Shown piece after piece: positions 7,126-10,882 of a DNA stretch of 10,882 bases; the stretch's first letter is position 1; every line of letters begins with the position of its first letter. The position numbers and the translations under genes were made by a program. Source of the stretch: Oscillospiraceae bacterium. GTDB taxonomy: Bacteria > Bacillota > Clostridia > Oscillospirales > Ruminococcaceae. Location of the stretch: NCBI GenBank assembly GCA_022768545.1, contig JALELV010000026.1, positions 1 to 10,882 on the forward strand, read 5' to 3'. The notes under the pieces were generated by a model. The model was not told the origin of the DNA, made no database searches, and saw nothing but the letters and a program-made list of their open reading frames with translations.

Positions 7126-7290
7126 AAACATGGCTCGCACTGGGAATGTTACAGCCGGGGCCGCAGACGGCAAAAAGCATTTTGAGCTCCGGATGGCCGC
7201 GCCCCTTCCCCATGGAAAAAAGGGGCTGTTTAGGGAAGGGTACAAAGCAGAGCTCTTCTGGCCTGGGATGGCCCAGACGCCCTCAAGACA

Positions 7291-7330
7291 CAAAAATCCC
7301 GCCGGGCACTTGCCCGGCGGGACGTTTTTA
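7291..7330. terminator. Bidirectional Rho-independent terminator just downstream of the membrane-protein gene
   Basis: Stem cccgccgggca / tgcccggcggg (7298-7321) with caaaaat on the left and acgttttta on the right. Confidence 0.7.
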
Positions 7331-7873
7331 AGGCCTTGCGCGCCCCATGGCGCAGCAGCAGCAGCCGAAGATCAGCAGGGCTCCCACCGTTTGAAGGGTG
7401 CCGGAAAAGACCGAGACGCTGTTGGAGAGGATGCTATAGGCGGCCAGCAGGGAAGCTCCGTAGCGGGCTATGACGATGCTGGGGATAAAGGCAAAGAAGC
7501 GGCCCGCAAAAAGCCCGATGAGAGCGAACGCCGACAGCAGGATACCCGGGAAGGGGCCGCCGGCCCAGGTCCTGCTCTTCATGGCAAGAAACAGGCCGAT
7601 CACTCCGTACAGAGCCGTGCGCAGCAGCAGGGGAACAAAGGTGAAGAGCATAACGGTCCAGTGATGCATATATCCGAACAGTTCCGCCGGGCCGCCAAAG
7701 ACCCGCATGAACGGGGCGGGGAAAACAAGGACTACAAGCCCGGCCAGCGCACCGAGAAACAAAAGGACGATGCCGAAGATCAAAGCGGCTTTTCCGCCTT
7801 TGGGAAGAAGAGCGCGCCCGGAGTAGGCGGGAGGATACTGCTGTCCATAGGGGGCCTGATAGGGTTCGGTCAT
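7328..7873 (-). CDS. Small polytopic membrane protein with a Pro/Tyr-rich N-terminus and a C-terminal CCCC motif (hypothetical)
   Basis: The start is the ATG at 7873 with SD GGAAAGGAAG. The product begins MTEPYQAPYGQQYPPAYSGRALLP, has four or five hydrophobic helices, and ends ...LLIFGCCCCAMGRARP. The plus-strand ORF 7109-7930 overlapping it is rejected. Confidence 0.65.
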   Translation of the reverse strand: MTEPYQAPYGQQYPPAYSGRALLPKGGKAALIFGIVLLFLGALAGLVVLVFPAPFMRVFGGPAELFGYMHHWTVMLFTFVPLLLRTALYGVIGLFLAMKSRTWAGGPFPGILLSAFALIGLFAGRFFAFIPSIVIARYGASLLAAYSILSNSVSVFSGTLQTVGALLIFGCCCCAMGRARP

Positions 7874-7952
7874 GGCAAACGCTTCCTTTCCTGGCAAAAC
7901 AGCGGTGCGGCGCTTGGAAGGCCGGCCTGAAAAGACGGCTGTTTTTTCTGTT

Positions 7953-7981
7953 ATTATATCAGAAAACAAAAGCTCCGGCAA
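7953..7981 (-). promoter_or_regulatory. Candidate sigma-A promoter of the membrane-protein gene
   Basis: On the minus strand: TTGCCG (7981-7976), a 17-nt spacer, then TATAAT (7958-7953). Confidence 0.5.
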
Positions 7982-8052
7982 GTAAGGGGCGGCGGTATTT
8001 CGTCCCGGGCCTTAAAGAAGGGGGCCCCGCCGCCGTCGTTTATAGGCCCTGT

Positions 8053-8081
8053 TTGACCGCGCCGTAAAAGAATGATATCTT
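8053..8081 (+). promoter_or_regulatory. Candidate promoter of the ANT gene
   Basis: TTGACC (8053-8058), a 17-nt spacer, then TGaTATCTT (extended -10, 8073-8081). Confidence 0.45.
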
Positions 8082-8131
8082 AAAGCTGTAAGGAGATCTT
8101 CCCCGCAAAAGGGGGGAAAGGAGGGAACTCT

Positions 8132-8929
8132 CTGGAAAACACGGAACAGCTGACGCGAGAGGTAAACCGCTGGATAAGGGAAATTTTGAAGGAACGGTGC
8201 GTCGGGGTGTATTTTCACGGCTCCCTGCGGTTGGGGGGCTTTAACCCCCAAAGATCCGACGTGGATTTTATCGTCGTCACAGACCGGAAGATGCCCCGAA
8301 AGGTAAAAAAGAGAATATGCGGCGTCATGATGGAGCATCGGAGCATGTTTCCGGAAAAGGGCTTTGAGTTCAGCATGGTGCTGGAGCGGTACTGCCGGGA
8401 GTTTCTTTACCCGACGCCTTACGAGCTGCACATGAGCCGCGCCTGGGAGGAGCTTTACCGAAGCGACCCGGATGCACTGCTCTGTGACCGCCCCCGGACA
8501 GACCCGGACCTGGCGAGCCATTTCCATGTGCTGCAGGTGCCGAATGCCGCCATGGATTTTGGGCCGCCGTCCTCCGAGGTTTTCTGTGAGGTGCCCCGGG
8601 AGTTTGTGGCGGCCTCCAACTGGGGAGACGTAAAGAACGCCGAAAGGGACATTGCCGAAAACCCTGTCTACACGGTTTTGAACCTTTGCCGGTTTTACGC
8701 CTTTCTCAAAGACGGCCTTACCCTCTCCAAAAAGGCAGGCGGGGAATATGCTCTTGCCTGCCCGGAGTTTCCCGGCGGGGATCTGATACGGGCGGCGCTG
8801 GCGGATTACAGCGGGGAACCGAAGGTCCGCTTTCCCGCCGGGGAGCTTTCCGCCTTTGCCTGCCGGGCGCTGGAGCTCGTCCGGGACGCCATGGAGCAGG
8901 CGGGCTTTTCCACAGAGGGACACGGATAA
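8132..8929 (+). CDS. Aminoglycoside nucleotidyltransferase, ANT(9)/AadA-like: nucleotidyltransferase domain plus a C-terminal DUF4111-like domain
   Basis: The product carries the CVGVYFHGSLRLGGFNPQRSDVDFIVVT nucleotidyltransferase motif (GS...D.D). The 5' end is uncertain. The only ATG, GTG or TTG in frame is the TTG at 8186, which has a weak, short-spaced SD. The open frame extends upstream to 8084 and encodes a typical ANT N-terminal helix (ENTEQLTREVNRWIREIL). A CTG at 8132 sits 6 nt after a perfect SD (AAAGGAGGG). The conservative coordinates are 8186-8929. Confidence 0.7.
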   Translation: MENTEQLTREVNRWIREILKERCVGVYFHGSLRLGGFNPQRSDVDFIVVTDRKMPRKVKKRICGVMMEHRSMFPEKGFEFSMVLERYCREFLYPTPYELHMSRAWEELYRSDPDALLCDRPRTDPDLASHFHVLQVPNAAMDFGPPSSEVFCEVPREFVAASNWGDVKNAERDIAENPVYTVLNLCRFYAFLKDGLTLSKKAGGEYALACPEFPGGDLIRAALADYSGEPKVRFPAGELSAFACRALELVRDAMEQAGFSTEGHG

Positions 8930-8977
8930 ACGCGCGGCGGCCCGGGGAAAATATTCGGGGTCGTCCGGGCGGAAAAA

Positions 8978-9029
8978 GAGGCAGAGCGCGCCGCGGCTTT
9001 GGGGCGCGCTCTGCCTCTTCCTTTATTTG
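8978..9029 (+). terminator. Rho-independent terminator of the ANT gene
   Basis: Stem gaggcagagcgcgcc / ggcgcgctctgcctc (15 bp) with a 10-nt loop, followed by ttcctttatttg. Confidence 0.7.
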
Positions 9030-9086
9030 CCGCAGGATGAATACGGGGCTGGGCGGGGCGCAGTTTTGGCCGGAGCGGATGGAGCC

Positions 9087-9120
9087 GAAAAAAGCGGCGG
9101 CCCCAAAAAGGGCCGCCGCA
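9087..9120 (-). terminator. Rho-independent terminator of the MlrC-like peptidase gene
   Basis: On the minus strand: stem gcggcggccc / gggccgccgc with loop ttttt, followed by ttttttcgg. Confidence 0.75.
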
Positions 9121-9160
9121 GGGGAAAGAGCCTGATGAAAATACCCGTGAAATGCAAGGA

Positions 9161-10612
9161 TCAGAAAGTGAGCTCTGCGTCCGGATCCAGAGGATAGATG
9201 GGGCGGGGCAGAAGCTTGTAGTCCCCGTCCCGGATCTCCAGATGGGTATTGCCGGGGGTAAGCGCCCAGATGTTGAGCGTCGCCATGGGCAGGAAGTCGG
9301 GGAAGAGGTAGCCCTGCTTGAGCACGACGATATGATAATCCCGTGGATTGACGCCAATGCTCTCGAAGTACTCCATACCGGTAAAGGACATATGCTCATC
9401 GGCCACGCAGATGTCCACATCGCCGCAGGAGAGAAGGGCCATGTTGCCTCTCTTGATGAGCTTGCCTACCTGCTCGCCCATGATCTCGCCGAAGCGGAGC
9501 AGAGTGCCGGTGACCGCGACGGGGGTGCTGTCCTCGTCGATGTTGGCGCCGATGGAGAGGCTGACGGTATCGCCGGGCTTGTGGTTCTTCAGCAGATACT
9601 CGTAGGCTTTTCCATCGTAGATGCTGGCGATAATGGCCTTTTTGCCGCTGAGGTCGGCGTCGGTGAGGGCCTTGAGCATGACAGTGTTGACGCCGCTGGA
9701 ACCGGCGGATGGGTTGTCGCCGCTGTCGCAGATGAACACGGGGCCGGCCGGCTCTTCCAGTGCGCGCGCCACAGACCCTTCCGCGGGCAGGGCGAGGGCG
9801 CCGTAGTCAAACTGGTCTCTCTTTTCCCAAATATAAGCCGCGAGCTCCCGGGCAGCTTTGCGGGCGTAGTCGGCATAACAGGCGGCAGAAGGGGTGATGG
9901 CTACCGTGGTGGTGGTGCGGGGGGTATCGGTCCAGGCCATGCAGACATACATGGTGGCGATGGCGATCTCCTCCTGTTTTTCCAGCTCCCACAGATGGGC
10001 GAAGATGGTCTTGAGGGGCTCCCGCGCGTCGATGGCCTTTTCACCGACCAAAATCATGGGCAGGCGCTCCATGGCAGGGTGATAGACCTCGCCGCGGCCG
10101 ATGTATCGAAGCAGCTCCCGGGCTACGATCTCCTGGTTCTCCACCACGTCGATATGAGGGGCGGAGCGGAAGCCGCGCATGATATTGAGAAGGTTCGGAA
10201 GGTCGTTGTCGTTATTGGAGTGCAGGTCCATGGCGGCGGCGATGGGCATTTTGTCGCCCACGATGTCGCGGATGTCCCTCATCAGGCGGTATTCGCCGGA
10301 GCCGATGTTTTCCACATTCATGGCGCCGTGCATCTGGAAGAAAATACCGTCCAGGTTGTCCTTTTCGCGGCGGACCACGTCCAGGATCTTGTTTTCAAAA
10401 TAGAGATAGGCATCCTCCGTCACAGTGCCGGAAGGGCCTCGGGCGGCGTAAATAGTGGGAACAAGCTCTGCTCCGGCTTCTAAAAAGACATGGGCGCCCG
10501 GAATTTTCTGAATAACATCCTCACCCTCGTAGAAATCAAATTCTTCCCGGCGGGAGGGGAAAGGGGAAAAACTGTTGGACTCATGGGAAAAATGCCCGAT
10601 CAGAATACGCAT
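9161..10612 (-). CDS. M81-family metallopeptidase, MlrC-like (N-terminal DUF1485 plus MlrC C-terminal domain)
   Basis: The 483-aa product starts MRILIGHFSHESNSFSP, a typical MlrC/DUF1485 N-terminus. The SD AAGGAGAG lies 8 nt upstream of the ATG at 10612. The plus-strand ORF 9152-10483 is its antisense shadow. Confidence 0.9.
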   Translation of the reverse strand: MRILIGHFSHESNSFSPFPSRREEFDFYEGEDVIQKIPGAHVFLEAGAELVPTIYAARGPSGTVTEDAYLYFENKILDVVRREKDNLDGIFFQMHGAMNVENIGSGEYRLMRDIRDIVGDKMPIAAAMDLHSNNDNDLPNLLNIMRGFRSAPHIDVVENQEIVARELLRYIGRGEVYHPAMERLPMILVGEKAIDAREPLKTIFAHLWELEKQEEIAIATMYVCMAWTDTPRTTTTVAITPSAACYADYARKAARELAAYIWEKRDQFDYGALALPAEGSVARALEEPAGPVFICDSGDNPSAGSSGVNTVMLKALTDADLSGKKAIIASIYDGKAYEYLLKNHKPGDTVSLSIGANIDEDSTPVAVTGTLLRFGEIMGEQVGKLIKRGNMALLSCGDVDICVADEHMSFTGMEYFESIGVNPRDYHIVVLKQGYLFPDFLPMATLNIWALTPGNTHLEIRDGDYKLLPRPIYPLDPDAELTF

Positions 10613-10713
10613 GCAGATCTCTCCTTATGTTATTTGCAGCAGTATTGGATAAAAACGTTTACATCGCGTTTTAAAAAACTTTAAACATTTACGGGCCGAT
10701 ACCGCTTAGCGCT

Positions 10714-10741
10714 ATTGTACCATAAAAATCAACAAAATCAA
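10714..10741 (-). promoter_or_regulatory. Candidate promoter of the MlrC-like gene in the AT-rich upstream region
   Basis: On the minus strand: TTGATT (10741-10736), a 16-nt spacer, then TGgTACAAT (extended -10, 10722-10714). Confidence 0.4.
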
Positions 10742-10769
10742 ATAAATTTTATAAAATCAGCATAAAAAA

Positions 10770-10872
10770 TAACCTGCGGCTATTTTTTATGCGTATCCGT
10801 CCACTCCCGTGGGCGGGCGGCATGAATCCTATGGCCGTGGGCCGGGGACGGCCCAAATGGCCGTTTTTTATA
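10770..10872 (+). repeat. Copy B of the ~110-nt conserved noncoding element, on the plus strand
   Basis: Order along the plus strand: T-rich tract (ctattttttatgcg), GC hairpin (ccgtcc-actcccgt-gggcgg), spacer, then the terminator hairpin and T-run. It is the reverse complement of 4081-4195 at roughly 80% identity. Confidence 0.6.
10833..10870 (+). terminator. Intrinsic terminator forming the 3' end of element copy B
   Basis: ggcc-gtgggccg-ggga-cggccca-aat-ggcc followed by gtttttta. Confidence 0.55.
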
Positions 10873-10882
10873 GCTTTGCGCA

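Noticed and set aside
7109-7930. 273-aa plus-strand ORF spanning the noncoding region and the membrane-protein gene
   Set aside because: It overlaps a better-supported minus-strand gene and has a charged low-complexity product and no SD.
8012-8923. 303-aa minus-strand ORF antisense to the ANT gene
   Set aside because: It is the shadow ORF of a well-supported plus-strand gene with clear nucleotidyltransferase motifs. It has no domain signature and is Arg/Pro/Gly-rich.
9152-10483. 443-aa plus-strand ORF antisense to the MlrC-like gene
   Set aside because: It has a Gly/Asp/His-rich low-complexity product and is entirely contained within the strongly supported minus-strand peptidase gene.
10789-10882. 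Possible leaderless small ORF inside element copy B (MRIRPLPWAGG...), paralleled in copy A
   Set aside because: It has no SD, and the differences between the copies are non-synonymous while the RNA pairing is preserved. Peptide similarity between the copies is explained by the nucleotide identity.
1-10882. Search for CRISPR arrays, tRNA/rRNA genes, transposases, integrases and phage genes
   Set aside because: No direct-repeat/spacer arrays, no tRNA-like cloverleaf candidates, and no ORFs with transposase, integrase or phage signatures were seen.

Overview
The window is GC-rich and its gene content looks Clostridia-like (Gram-positive). It carries ten supportable protein-coding genes with strong AGGAGG-type ribosome-binding sites, and no rRNA, tRNA, CRISPR array, transposase or integrase. 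Reading from the left: (1) an ECF sigma-70 factor (363-914, +) translationally coupled through a 4-bp GTGA overlap to a 549-aa membrane-anchored anti-sigma-like protein (911-2557, +) with a large extracytoplasmic domain of unrecognised fold. (2) A convergent minus-strand gene string of DUF1836/MerR-like HTH protein, NfeD and flotillin (6940-4306), then a DegV-family protein and a GNAT acetyltransferase (3982-2626). (3) A small PY-rich polytopic membrane protein (7873-7328, -). (4) An ANT-family aminoglycoside nucleotidyltransferase (8132/8186-8929, +) with no canonical start codon for its N-terminal helix. (5) An MlrC-like M81 metallopeptidase (10612-9161, -). Most genes have recognisable sigma-A promoters and Rho-independent terminators, two of which are bidirectional. 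The most unusual thing I see is a ~110-nt noncoding element present twice, about 80% identical overall with a 37-nt block matching at 36/37. Copy A (4081-4195) is on the minus strand and copy B (10770-10872) on the plus strand. Each ends in the same terminator hairpin plus U-run and carries a second conserved GC hairpin whose sequence differences keep the pairing, one through a G-U wobble. Copy A sits directly behind a near-consensus promoter (TTGAAT-17-TATAAT) and 100 nt upstream of DegV, which has no promoter of its own, so it looks like an attenuator-type leader or a small RNA. The two copies are inverted and bracket the 6.6-kb segment that contains the flotillin operon and the ANT gene.
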